Of a stretch of 64,000 nucleotides of DNA, positions 1 through 13,900 are shown piece after piece. A program made the translations under genes and the position numbers. The notes beneath the pieces are model-generated. The model was not told the origin of the DNA and made no database searches. It was given only the letters and a program-made list of their open reading frames with translations. Origin of the DNA: Chrysomallon squamiferum (Eukaryota > Animalia > Mollusca); NCBI GenBank assembly GCA_012295275.1, contig CM022671.1, positions 11,222,001 through 11,286,000 on the forward strand, in the 5' to 3' direction. Position 1 is the first letter of the stretch; the number at the start of each line of letters is the position of its first letter.

Positions 1-408
1 TTTTACTTTGAAACACTGTATTATATATTTGAAATAAAAGAATGGGGTAATTATGAAATTTTTCAGTAGCATATTAACTGAGGAGATGAAATTTATGTAT
101 TAATATATATTTAAATATTTGAAAACATTTTCTTCATTGTTATGTTTTACATATGCATTCACGCATGAGATTGTTTGACTGTAAATCCTGTCATTTTGTT
201 GAAATTACAAGATTTAAATGGACTCTTATTTCAGACAACATTCCGATATTTCGTGGAGTATGTGTTTGCACAGATGAAGTATTTTCAAATCAAGATTTTT
301 TTTATTTATTTGATTTATTTTAAATTTCGTTTTTAAAATACGCTAAGACTTCTCTGTCTAAAAAAATATATAATAATTTAATTTATCAGCCGTTTTCGCG
401 ATGATAAA

Positions 409-733
409 ATATTTTTCAGATATACGAAATGTATCAGGATATTACTCAGATATACGAAATGTATCAGGATATTACTCAGATATACAAAATGTATCAGGAT
501 ATTACTCAGATATACGAAATGTGTCAGGATATTACTCAGATATACGAAATGTATCAGGATATTACTCAGATATACGAAATTCAGGATATCAGATACGAAA
601 TATCAGGATATTACTCAGATATACGAAATGTATCAGGATATTACTCAGATATACGAAATGTATCAGGATATTACTCAGATATACAAAATGTATCAGGATA
701 TTACTCAGATATACGAAATGTATCAGGACATTT
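409..733. repeat. 30-bp minisatellite (AATGTATCAGGATATTACTCAGATATACGA), about 11 copies with two truncated units near 580-605
   Basis: Directly visible tandem units; explains the periodic ORFs 401..742 and 429..785. Confidence 0.95.
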
Positions 734-1162
734 CAGTTTTAATGATCCACCAAGAGGTCATATTTCGGGGATTTACAGTAAGTAAAAGTAATTCGACATA
801 AAGCAGTTATTTACTTCTATTCTGCAGCCGCTCTGTTAACATAAATTAGTTTATTATTATATCAGGCAGATTCAAACACGCTTCGGCGAGTTGCTTAACG
901 AAGCAACATTTCAGTAGTTCATGTCTCAACATGCTGTGGACGTTTCTTTTGAAAAAGTAAGAAACAAATTATTTCTACATAACAAAAACACCCGGTGTGT
1001 ATAAATCAAAAGTGTGAGAGTAAATCTAAAAGATTTAAATGTTATCATTTGTCAAGCGTCATCCTTCATGTCAGTATTCAAACCACTTGTCTATTCAAGA
1101 TCTTTTACACACACATGCAGACACACATGCAGACACACACACATACAAACATACATACATAT

Positions 1163-1166
<4 letters not shown>

Positions 1167-1244
<78 letters not shown>
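1167..1244. repeat. (AG)n microsatellite
   Basis: Directly visible; one of many (AG)n, (GT)n, (AAT)n and (ACT)n tracts in the window. Confidence 0.97.
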
Positions 1245-1246
<2 letters not shown>

Positions 1247-2635
1247 CACAACATTTTATACGAAATCCATTTCTCGAAAAACAAAAGAAAACAAATGGAA
1301 AAAAAAACTATAAAGAAAATAAAAACTGAAGGAATATAAAATACTGAACAGTGTTAAATATTTTCATAATTCTGTAGGTCTGCTATTACACGACGCAGAA
1401 TGATAAATTCTCTTTCACAGCTTATGGCAGTCAATTAATTTAATTATTTCGGTAACAAAACAAAAATCAATGGTGTAGTATAATGTTTTATATGAATTGG
1501 TCTTGTCTAAACCAAGGCAGAACCTTTTTTATTTGTACTGTGAAAATGTCGATCAGTTCGGTTAATATTACAACTGACATGTGAACTTACAACATGCTTG
1601 CTCTGCACTTCCACTGCAAAAATACCATAAAAATGTATTTTTAAATGATAAAATTCTAATATAAATTTCTAAATGATAAAATTCTAATATAAATTTCTAA
1701 TGCTAATTTTTTGTTATTGTTGCTTTGGGTCCTTGGTGTGACTTGGGGATTAAGGTAAACGATAACAATATTAATACTTTTCTTGCTTTTATTCTTTTAA
1801 TTTTTCTTTATTTTTTTTATATATTATTATTTTTTTTTTTTTTTTTTTTTTTTTTTTGTCGCCGTCCAAGCGTGATGCTAGTGGATGTTTTTTTTATTTT
1901 TTTTATTTTTGTTTGTTTGATTAGTGGTTGTCGAATCTGTGTTATTTGTTTTGTTTGTTTGTTTGTATTTTTGTATTTTCATTTATTATTAAAGCATCAA
2001 TTCATATCATAACATTTATATTTTGCTAATACAGTTATTTTAATCAATGTTTTTCACAGTGTTATGTAATAACTAATGAGTGAGACGTGATGACCGTTTC
2101 TCTACAAAAAGATTGATGCAAGGGAAACAACTCCTGTTAATTAAATTGCAATGTCACTGTTTTCGTTGTAATAAATTATTGTTGTTTCTTTTATTAGTAG
2201 TAGCAGCAGAGGTAGTAATGATAGTAGTAGTGTAATTGATTGGTTCTCTACGTTTATAAAAACCGAGGTTCAACCATGTAATTCATTGCATACACCCATG
2301 AAATAAACAAAAAAAGAGATAACGTAAAACTGGAAGAACTAATCATTCTGACGGTGTTAGTAGGATGTGGAGCTGGAAAATAAAATTACTTGGTTACGTA
2401 CTCTCCAATTAGTAACAATGTGAATATAAATTTAACTGGAAATGAATAAAATGAAGCATTCACACTAATCTTTTCAGTTTAAGGTTTCACAATTTTTATT
2501 TATTTCTTTTTTTTTTCTGTCTTCCTGCCTTCTTTATATTTATCATCTACTCTTTAAAGATATATCATATCTTAATAACCTCACCCTGCTGGTTTTTTAA
2601 TACGTGCAGTGATTATTATTACATCAGTTTAATAT

Positions 2636-2950
2636 TCCGGCTGGGGGTACCGGCAACTCAAGCAAACGCCCTGGGGCGCCGCACGCTAGAGGGCGCCACC
2701 TCAGTACCGAGAACTTCACAGTAAAGAGGGGAAAGTGTTAAGCATTAAATAAAATAAAATATATAAAATAAATTAAATATACAAAATAAAATAAAATAAA
2801 ATTATAAAAAGTGAATGGAGTCAGATTGTCGAGGATGTGATTATTAATTGTTAATAAACTTGGGCTCAAACTGTGAAAAGGAATTGACACAGGAAACTAA
2901 AGTGAACATGTTAATTTGCCACCTGCGCTAAAACCTTAGAGTCGGACCTG
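2636..2950. mobile_element. Possible degenerate non-autonomous DNA transposon (MITE)
   Basis: GC-rich ends around an AT-rich core. The right end TTAGAGTCGGACCTG resembles the reverse complement of the CAGGGCCGGCTCTAG-type termini of animal MITEs; the left end is poorly conserved. Confidence 0.3.
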
Positions 2951-2984
2951 TGTCTGTCTCTGTTCAGTTTTGTGTTGAAACAAC

Positions 2985-3110
2985 TAGTTTATTTAATAGT
3001 TTATTTAATAGTTTGTTTAATAGTTTATTTAATAGTTTATTTAATAGTTTGTTTAATAGTTTGTTTGAGTTTGTTTAATAGTTTGTTTAATAGTTTATTT
3101 AATAGTTTGG
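2985..3110. repeat. 12-bp tandem repeat (TTRTTTAATAGT), about 10 copies
   Basis: Directly visible; explains ORF 2972..3208. Confidence 0.9.
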
Positions 3111-4038
3111 TTGAGGTTTTTTGTTTGTTTTTTCCACACATTAGACGCACACACAAAATCGAACGCGCATGGACGAATGCAAAACAAGATTCACAAAACA
3201 ATATGTAACAATATTATTTTATTACGAAGTGAATATTAAATGATTATATCTTGAATAAATAAAAATAAATATACATTTTTTGTAACTGGTGCTACTGTTC
3301 GTTTGAGCTTTCTTTTTGTTTGTTTGTTTATTTTTATTATTATTATTATTCTCCTTTTGTGTCAAATACTTTATATTCATGAATTTTAAACTTTTCTCAT
3401 ATCTGAAGAACAAATTTTATATTTCTAAATGAAAACAACAAAACGTTTGATGTGTGTAAAATAATTTCGTGTTACATTGACAGAAAATATCTACGTAATG
3501 TCTTATTTTATTGTATTTTGAACACTAAACAAACAAAATGCTGTACAATGGATATATTAATAATGCATTTTCTGTGACTTTCATAGCAACATGTTCTCTT
3601 ACGTGAACAAGCTGGTTTCTGGTGTAATGTGGCTTATAAACATTGTTTAACACGCCTATCGATCACACAGCTGACTCGGCTGTTTTTGTAGATGTTGCTA
3701 CCAGATCTTTCTCAGTTTATATCAATTTAATCAAAACAGATCACCATTGTTGTGATTAGTTACTCGTTATTCTTCGAGGTTTTAAATAATCATGACGCAA
3801 GAAATATTTAAAAATAATGTCGGTGGTGTTAATAATGAAGACATTCTAAATACACTGAAGATGTCAGTCGTGCGACACGGGTTGGAAATAATCTAACACA
3901 CTTGTAAAGATTTTTGTACGAGCTGTAATTAATCAGTGTGTGACTGTACGTTACGACTGTACGTTACGTTCGTTTCTTCGTTTTGGCGTATTTTACTTCG
4001 TAATGAAATTTTCGTAACACACACATATGGAGGCCGAC

Positions 4039-5525
4039 CACACCGAGCTTCATGCCACTTACAAACTACTGTACGTTTAGTACCACACCGAGCTTCATGC
4101 CACTTACAAACTACTGTACGTTTAGTACCACACCGAGCTTCATGCCACTTACAAACTACTGTACGTTTAGTATCACACCGAGCTTCATGCCACTTACAAA
4201 CTACTGTACGTTTAGTATCACACCGAGCTTCATGCCACTTACAAACTACTGTACGTTTAGTATCACACCGAGCTTCATGCCACTTACAAACTACTGTACG
4301 TTTAGTACCACACCGAGCTTCATGCCACTTACAAACTACTGTACGTTTAGTATCACACCGAGCTTCATGCCACTTACAAACTACTGTACGTTTAGTATCA
4401 CACCGAGCTTCATGCCACTTACAAACTACTGTACGTTTAGTATCACACCGAGCTTCATGCCACTTACAAAGTACTGTACGTTTAGTATCACACCGAGCTT
4501 CATGCCACTTACAAACTACTGTACGTTTAGTATCACACCGAGCTTCATGCCACTTACAAACTACTGTACGTTTAGTATCACACCGAGCTTCATGCCACTT
4601 ACAAACTACTGTACGTTTAGTATCACACCGAGCTTCATGCCACTTACAAACTACTGTACGTTTAGTATCACACCGAGCTTCATGCCACTTACAAACTACT
4701 GTACGTTTAGTACCACACCGAGCTTCATGCCACTTACAAACTACTGTACGTTTAGTACCACACCGAGCTTCATGCCACTTACAAACTACTGTACGTTTAG
4801 TACCACACCGAGCTTCATGCCACTTACAAACTACTGTACGTTTAGTATCACACCGAGCTTCATGCCACTTACAAACTACTGTACGTTTAGTATCACACCG
4901 AGCTTCATGCCACTTACAAACTACTGTACGTTTAGTATCACACCGAGCTTCATGCCACTTACAAACTACTGTACGTTTAGTATCACACCGAGCTTCATGC
5001 CACTTACAAAGTACTGTACGTTTAGTATCACACCGAGCTTCATGCCACTTACAAACTACTGTACGTTTAGTATCACACCGAGCTTCATGCCACTTACAAA
5101 CTACTGTACGTTTAGTATCACACCGAGCTTCATGCCACTTACAAACTACTGTACGTTTAGTATCACACCGAGCTTCATGCCACTTACAAACTACTGTACG
5201 TTTAGTATCACACCGAGCTTCATGCCACTTACAAACTACTGTACGTTTAGTACCACACCGAGCTCATCATGCCACTTACAAACTACTGTACGTTTAGTAC
5301 CACACCGAGCTTCATGCCACTTACAAACTACTGTACGTTTAGTACCACACCGAGCTTCATGCCACTTACAAACTACTGTACGTTTAGTATCACACCGAGC
5401 TTCATGCCACTTACAAACTACTGTACGTTTAGTATCACACCGAGCTTCATGCCACTTACAAACTACTGTACGTTTAGTACCACACCGAGCTTCATGCCAC
5501 TTACAAACTACTGTACGTTTAGTAT
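4039..5525. repeat. 45-bp minisatellite (CACCGAGCTTCATGCCACTTACAAACTACTGTACGTTTAGTAYCA), about 33 near-identical copies
   Basis: Directly visible head-to-tail units without spacers; unit length divisible by 3 explains the long ORFs 3936..5297 and 4052..5623. Confidence 0.98.
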
Positions 5526-8500
5526 TACAGCTCATTTTAAAATTACCGAATTCACAATTTTACACAAGTCATTCTCCTTTCCTAATACAGTTAGCTCAAT
5601 TTCAGTTTCTAAAATCATTTTAAATACGAGATTTTTTTTACGAACATTAAAAAGCTGTAGTTGTTTAGTGATTATCTTTGTTTGGTCATTTTCCATTATT
5701 GTCATGTGCCCAATGACTAAACTATAATACGTCTTTTCCCCGTGAGGCGAGTATAAAAGATACTTTGTTGGTAATCAATAGAAGTTGCTGTTATTGTGAC
5801 CAGTCTTAGTGGGGTTTTGTGTTTGTGTAGGCTTTTTTTTTTTTGTTTTTTTTTTGTTTGTTTTTTGTTTTTTTTTTAATCTCTTTGTATCATTAATCAA
5901 ATGATCATTAATATCAAATTGTTGTTTAAATGTATGGCCTCAGTGAAAGGTATTTTTAACAATGAAATTAATTGTCTGTCTGGTGTCAGGATTTCGTGTA
6001 TAAAGAAAACAATGCGTCATTCATACACAAATAAACATTTCAGTCGGTGTCTTGTTACTGTGACGGGCTCGCTGTACTCTGAACTCGGTGATGTCAACGG
6101 TCAGAGGTACAAAAGAAACAGGTGAAGCATCAGTTTGTTGTCCGCCACGGAACGCCCAGAAGTTACCAGCAAACAAATGTTACCATGCAGTTTAAGGGAT
6201 GTAACACTGAGTAATAGATACCGTTACACAATGTCATACTGTCAGTGTTCCGCACGAATGAAGAGAATAGAAACCCGCAGTGCAAACTATATACATTTGT
6301 TTCCCACGATTAGAAGCAGATTTTATCAGTTTTAATGCACCTTCACAGAAAGGAACAAACCACGGCTTAAAAAAGTAGAAATTAAAACAGTGGGAAACTG
6401 AACCTGGAGTCAGCTCAGTGTTAGCCGTTAGTAAACGTAAATTATATTTGTTAGGTAAAACGAGTTCAGTAATGGTTTTAAACAACTAAAATTTAAAATT
6501 CGCTGAATGTAAACGTACCGTTACGTGTGCAGATGGATGTAAGTAATGAGAGACGGCACAACAATGTACAGTTAATAAACGATATTGTTACAGTTTGACT
6601 AACACAGGATTAATGCTCAAGCTGCTGGTTTGTCCAGGTTATTTTTCTAGTATTTCACAGATTTCAAGAATAAAGTTATTTTCACATAAACCTCAGTGTA
6701 GAACACTATTAATTACTACAAATTATTAGTGGCAGTAGGACCAGAAGTTCATGTCAGTGTCAGTTGTACTTACCGTTACATTTTATCTTGATCTGGTACA
6801 TTAACACCATACCATTCATTTGCATTGCGAGATATCAAAAATAATTTCAAGTTGCACTTAAATTTTAAATTTTTAAATGTTCTGAATGAAATATTTTAAA
6901 CATCAAATATGAAATGTTTTCGAAGATTCTTCAAAATTGACAAAATTCAAAAAACTTGTATGAACATTGTTTGACCTAGATATTCAGATCCGTATTAACT
7001 AAAAAGCGATCATCAAACTTACTGATGTAAATAACTTGTATTGAATAGTGGAACAGCTGATACACAATACACAGTGACATCTGCGACAGAACGTGAGTAG
7101 ACGATTATAACCATTCTTTGTATTCACTACACTTGTTTAGCTGGGTTTGCATAAAACGTTTAGTTTGAATAGCCGACCTGCAACACGTGTTGTTTTTAGC
7201 AGTTTGTTATGTCACGTCCCTCCAAACACAGCTAATTTATTCGATTAGTTTTAAATTCTAAATTGGACTATTTCTGGTTCTAGTACTTTAAGAAACTATT
7301 CTTATTTATTTTTATTTATTTTTATTTTTTAAGTAAATTAGGTGTTCCAACTAATGATGAAAAGATTTCAAATTCTAATTTCTAAAATATAAATCTCAAT
7401 AAAAATGTCAAAGAAATTTATTGCTTCATACATGGCCCGGGAAATTTTAATCACAAAAGAATATCAGTAAGAATTTATACTATCTGCAGTTATCTTTTTG
7501 TATTGTATCACTAGTACAGGTAATTTATACAACAGCAGCAGCATTTTCCAAATTCCATAACAAATTCCAAAACGACTAACGTCAAACTTTTTAATTGTAC
7601 ATTTTGGTTATTTCGTTAAGTATAATAAATACTTGTCGCTTTATGCATTGCAGATAAATACAGATTTGGTTTCAAAACTGAAATCATAGTATCTTGATAA
7701 GTTACCAGTACTTTTATTATTTATATAAAAACACTACTATCCAGTATACCGACAGACAGCCGTGAGAATGTTTGAACTTTAAGCACTGAATATTTTGAGC
7801 AGCTCTGTTCCTGCAGCTGAAAGGGCGACTCGTGACACTAAGCAAACAAGTGGAGTGTAACCATGCATTGTATTCCAGACATTAAGACCTGGGTTAGACC
7901 GTACGAACACGAAATGTGCCCATAATGAAAATTTAATGGGAAAGTTAACGTAATTAGTTTTCTTTGAAATTGTTGCTTAATCTCGGTGTGAAAATGGCGC
8001 GGGGTGAAGGTTAACGGGCTGTGCTGAGAGCGACTGAATACTTTATAACACGTTTGCTTTGTCTTATTTTACACAACACACACAGCTTTACCTTTAAAGT
8101 TTCATTTCAGGAAACAAATGTAATCCTAAGCTGAACGTGTTTTTCTATTTCTCTTATAAAACTATTTTAAAAAGTAAACTTTAGTAAAGCATCAAACCAC
8201 TGAATACATTTTTATAAAGTTATATTTGTATATAGTTATAAATAGATGTATATACATCTAGCAGAATGTAAACAAAATATTAATCTCTAACACGTAATAC
8301 GATACATTCCTTTTATTACATGCATGTTAGTTATTTTGTAAATATCTTAAAGCTGATGGACTGCTTTATTCATTGTATTAATGTAAAGAACCAACCACTC
8401 TAAAGGTTTATTTTTTTTCTCATTGCTACAGCAAGCTTACTGGGACAAAATAGACATTTTGCTTCAGAGCTACAAAATATACTTGGTCCATACAAGGCAG

Positions 8501-10177
8501 TTATTCCAAACACTGGCCGATACGGTTGACAACGTATTTACAAATCCCTGTAATACTTCACGTAGTTCATACTTGACAGATCTCGCAAAATATCTGAAGA
8601 AAAAAAAACGATGTTTTATCACGAAAAACACGTGGAAAAGAAAGTCCCCCACCCAACTCTCAGTACACTTTCTGTTTCTGCGTTGTTTAGTTCGAATTTG
8701 TGTATATTTAACTATCGTACACAACAGTCTCAGAGGTTTTGGAGAGAAATTCGAATTTTAATAGGCATTCCTAAAATGATAACTATTTCCAGCTATCTTT
8801 GACATCTAATAGCTAATTTGTTACGAGTTAACCGTATTATAATTCTGTATGTGTCTTGTTAAACAGCGATATATGAAGCGATAATTAACAATTGTAAACT
8901 TACGGAGATAGTAATTAACGTCAAAAGAGAATTTAATTAACGTCAAAAGAGAATTTATTTAAAGTAAACACAACCTGTGAAACATCAATCAGTGAAAATA
9001 GTGACATTGTTGTCTATCCTGTACTTCACTATGATTTGTTAATGTTTTGTTTATAAATAAAAACTGAATTTAAGAGTTTCGTAAATACTGTAATATTATC
9101 AAAGTTCGTAGTAAACAAATTGATAAACTCACCTTTATGTCACGGAGTTTTTTCTTATATTGATCGAAATTTTTGAATACATATTTATCACAACTGTTGT
9201 TGCACTTTCTTTCTTAAAGGTAGTTGTAGTAGTTGCTGCCGTTGTCGGAGGCGTACCGAGTTTGGGACTGCAGAATCACTGAGAAGTATACAAACATCAG
9301 TGAATTCTACCAGTGCCAAGAGCGATCAAACCTCTCAAATAATAACCGGGCCAGTCTTGTAGTCAAGTTCACTGTCACGCAAAAAAACCGTCACTTCGTT
9401 CTGCAAGCAGATCCTTCGCGCCTAAACAATTGTGCGGAGAAAACAATATGGCGCACACGCAGCAAAACTAGAGAATAGGAAATGAGAATGTCGTAGCTGG
9501 GCTGTGTGACTGTAGCGACGAGTTGTAGGTCGAGTCCTGCTGTCACGCTAAGCGATCGGAGAGGCATCCAACCGTGGACATTTCTCGTTTCCTAAATCCA
9601 GAGAAAGAGCGAGAGATACGACCTTGAATAATTTTGCCAGGTGTGCCAAAACCGGAGCAGACGACATACCAAGCAGATGACAATACTCGTTGGACGACTT
9701 TAGAAAAGAAAAAGAACACAATGAAAACGTACTTCGCTTTTTAATTTATGTTGCTGGGAATGTCAGCGTTGTTATTTTCTCTTGCAGTTGGAGAGAGAAA
9801 AAAGCAGTTGGGTTAGAGGAAGCCGAAACCTACCTGTTATCAATAATTCCCATCATTATGTTCTGCAGTTTGTTGCCACGATAAATCGATAGTTTCCATC
9901 AGTCAGGTTATGGTGGGCTTATTGCAAGTGTAACAGAGCGATTATTTCGTGTGTGAAAAATGCTATTGTTTTCAATTAGTAGCAGTAGCTGCAAGCTCTA
10001 ATAATTGCATTATTTCTAAGAATAAATTGTGTGATTAGTACATAATATTACAAAAATAAATTTTGTAAAAAAAAAATTAAACAAGAAAATATATTGAATA
10101 AAATAAAGATTTAAAAAAAATAATAATGGTAGTAAGTTGTTTACGCATGAACTGTATAAAATGTTTTAAAAATTAAC

Positions 10178-10283
10178 CTGTGGATCCGCTTCAGTGACAG
10201 ATCAGCAACTGCTCCAAAGTGTTCATCAGTCGATGTGTAAAATAGCAGCAGATTCCACTCATTTCCACGTCACAAATCACAAC
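10178..10283 (-). other. Candidate non-coding (5' UTR) exon
   Basis: On the - strand: acceptor tctgtttttacag| and donor CAG|gttaat around a 106-nt GC-richer segment; all three frames contain stops. Confidence 0.3.
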
Positions 10284-10932
10284 CTGTAAAAACAGATGAG
10301 AATAGATACAAGGTAAAACAAATCTCGTCACTCATTCGTTCACTTGAACTTTTGTGGTGCAGCTATTAGTCGAAAATACAGACCGAAAAATGCAATATTT
10401 TCTGAATTAATCATAATGAAGATAGTGGATCTGTAATGTAGCTCTTGACAATTATCGAGATAATACAGTTTTATATATTGAAGAAGCAGCTGTTGTCTGC
10501 AGTTCTCGTTTTCACGTCTGCAACATGACCGGACAATAAATTGAAACCATTTCGTTCTACCAATATTTTGCCAAATTGTGGTTTACATTCTACCCAGTAG
10601 TACATAGTTATTTTTAAATGCACACTATCCTCAGAAAAATTCAGTCGTTAGGGCAGTGAATAGAACATTTATAAATTTTAAAGTGTATAAAGAATTACAA
10701 AACACTGAAGATACTGAATACATATTTCTGTAGTACTGTTAAACATTTGAAACACTACGCCAGCTGCAGTGAATCAGAACAAGGAAATACGAGGATAATT
10801 AACAAACCACTGAAACGAAACCAGTCACTCTGTCTGACATGCAACAGGCTGCAGGAACAGATGACACCTGTAGTGGAAAAAATGCAAAGTGACGAAACCA
10901 GTATTTTATATTAAATGTCCACTACAAAATAC

Positions 10933-10979
<47 letters not shown>

Positions 10980-13900
10980 GTTAGTTGACGTTCCCAATGT
11001 CGGCATTGTCAAAACCGTCAATATCATTTTTGCGCACACTAAACTGGTGCTGGTTCTCTGATAATTTTAAAGCAAGTACAGAATCTCGTTTTTATGTACA
11101 GAATATTAATGGTTCTGAAGTCGATAAATTCCGTTAGTAAATTTCGAATTGTTGCAATTCAGCAGTTCATCTAGAAAAAATTGAAACATTCGATAAACAA
11201 AATAGTTATCACCGTGTTAATAAAACCATCACTTGTTTATTAATTTGTAAACGGGTAAGCCTATTTAAAACATATACATGTCATCATCTTTCAAAGTACC
11301 AGATTTTAACGCTGAACTGCTGTACTTTGTTTTTCATATTACATATGTAAAGCTGTTATCTGATTTAATTCTTTACCTAGGAACACAGCTACAAGTAAAG
11401 TTTAGAAGTGAACTAACGAGTGTGACCAGATGAAGATCCGAGCGCTGTGTATGGGACTAGAGAATCCACGGCTGGATGAAAATCCCGTGAATTCTACCAG
11501 TGCCATTCACAGAACCAGGCGTGACGTATTGATCTGTCAGGTGTAGACGTGGTGTTTCCATGCCGTGTGTTACTATGGTTACCTGTAGGCCCCGAGGTTC
11601 AGAGCTATGGACACGTAATTACTTTCGAACAGTGATAAAACTATAAGTTGTTATATATATATACCGTTTTTATATATGTATCAATTATTACTGAAACCGT
11701 AATGGGTGTAATATCTACAGTGATTACAAAGTGCGTCACCCTCCACTGGTTCCAATCACCAGTGTGAAAACAGAACACAGTGAAGTTCGTGTGTAGTAGT
11801 TTGTTAAAAGATCTGCTGCTTTTGTGTAGTGATCTAAAGATGAATAGCTGAACAAAAAAAAAAAAACGTAGGTGATCTTTTGCTGAATATAAAGTAATTC
11901 TAATATCACAACCTAGGTATCAAAATACTTTAACACTTCTTCTGTTACTTCGGTTCTGAAACGGTAAATAAGATTTTCAATTATTAATTTAACATGCATT
12001 GTAATTTATTTGTCAAAGATCTAATTCTGAAATATTCACGTCTGCATCAGTGAAAAAATAAAAAGGTTTACAATATAAGAAACTAAGAAACTAATTTTGT
12101 TCTAACAGCATGCTTGTTTGTCAAACTACATTAATTTAACTGGAGTTATTTCCCTTCAATTAGATCTCCTTTTTAACCACAAGAAAAACACTGACGTTCC
12201 ATTCTGTGACGTCAGACGTTTTCAGATTTAAACTACAAAGGAACGTTCTTTCCCCACTGGGTTAAGTTTAATTTGTTAGTAATCCTGAAAAATTCATTGC
12301 TGCATCTAGCATGGAACTGAGTCAAACCCGTCTCGGCTATATTATAAATTATGCAACTAGTTCTCATTACAATGCTCAGATTTTTACATGTAGAATAGCT
12401 TATTTGTACACCAACAAGTAGCTCATTTGATCTGCTTGGTGACCATTTTATGATTTGCTAGTCGCGTCTAATAACGACACAAATGTGAAGTGAGTAATCA
12501 GGTTCAATGAACTGCGCATCTCGTTTTCAGTCACGTTTAAGACTCCAATAGTCTCAGCGCCAGTGTTGAACAACTACCTTGACGAATATTAGAAAATTAC
12601 AAAACGAAAATAAAACTCAAAGAATAACTATTTCTTATAACCATATTAAACATTAAAACACTAGGAATTATAACGTGAAAAGTGGCAAATAAAGGATTTC
12701 AGAAACGTTTCAGAACTTGATTGATAATCCATTAATCGATAGCGCTTTGAACTGAATGACATTACTAGTATGAGAATTTTGTTCTTAATCTTTTTCGGCC
12801 AGATGGTTCATTTTAATTTATTTTTCTTATTTATGTATTAGCTGGAAGGTCTTAATGGCGTATCGGTTTTGTAACAATGTATTTTGTTTATCTATTACAT
12901 TTTAATTCAGAAAATCTTATTTACACAAACATTTCATTTTGAAAAGCTACAGGCATCAGTCTTGTGACTGATGATGATATGTTTGTTAGTTTCTGGCAAG
13001 TCCCTTCAGATAATTTCAATCTTTGAATGACTTGAATTTTGTTTGAACAGTATTTCTGGAGGATTATTTCAAAAAATATACTGAAGAGGAAAACATTTCG
13101 GACAAATACAATTATTACTGTAAAATACGAGGAAACTATAGAGGAAAATGCTGGTAAAAAATTTAAATAGGTCTTCAATTGTTAATTCATAAACACTGAT
13201 TACAGAATAATTAGACTGATACATCAAAATAGAAAATTTAGCTAAATAAACCAAGATCAATGGCCACAGCATCTGTGTGCAATGTTTACGTTGTGAATTA
13301 TTAAAACTTACCTTTCTCTGGATGCTGAAAAAATTATTTTTCCACACTTTTAAACAGAACAAAAATCATCTTCGAGAAGCAAAATAACGAAAATAAGCGC
13401 TGAACGTCAGAGACTACGTTCAAGAGGTGCCAATGTTCCTGGCACGTGGAATAAATTGATTATGTCTTAGATAACATGCAGATCCAAAACCACATTTACT
13501 TATATAACCAAGTTGTAGAATAAATTACCACCTTTTCCCACAACGCTGAAGCTTTACCAGGTTCTTATGTAACAAAGCAATAATGTCTGATTATTGGAAA
13601 CAAGGCAATAACGGCAAAGTAACTTTCACTAGAAGGTATCAATCCACGGTTGATTTTTTTTCTTCATCTGTGTTGACTACAACAGCATACACATTTTAAT
13701 TCGTTATTAATTAGTACTGATATTCTAACCTTTAAACGAAGATGAACTTACCAGAAAATGTAAATAAAAAAACAATATTTCTTACCTTCAGCTGTCCGTT
13801 TATTTTAAAAAATACAAAATTTTAAATATGAAGAAAAATGGTGGATATTGTAAAGAGGGGCGGCTGTCTGTTCAGTTGCAATAAGCTAAAATTACTATGC

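Noticed and set aside
235-278. Possible small + strand exon after tcttatttcag
   Set aside because: Weak donor, no partner exon or recognisable peptide in the window
401-785. Periodic ORFs (SGYYSDIRNV)n and (MYQDITQIYE)n
   Set aside because: Products of the 30-bp minisatellite with frameshifting truncated units
3936-5727. Long ORFs of 453 and 523 aa; possible CRISPR-like array
   Set aside because: Translations of a 45-bp tandem repeat; no unique spacers, no cas genes, eukaryotic context, no splice or signal evidence
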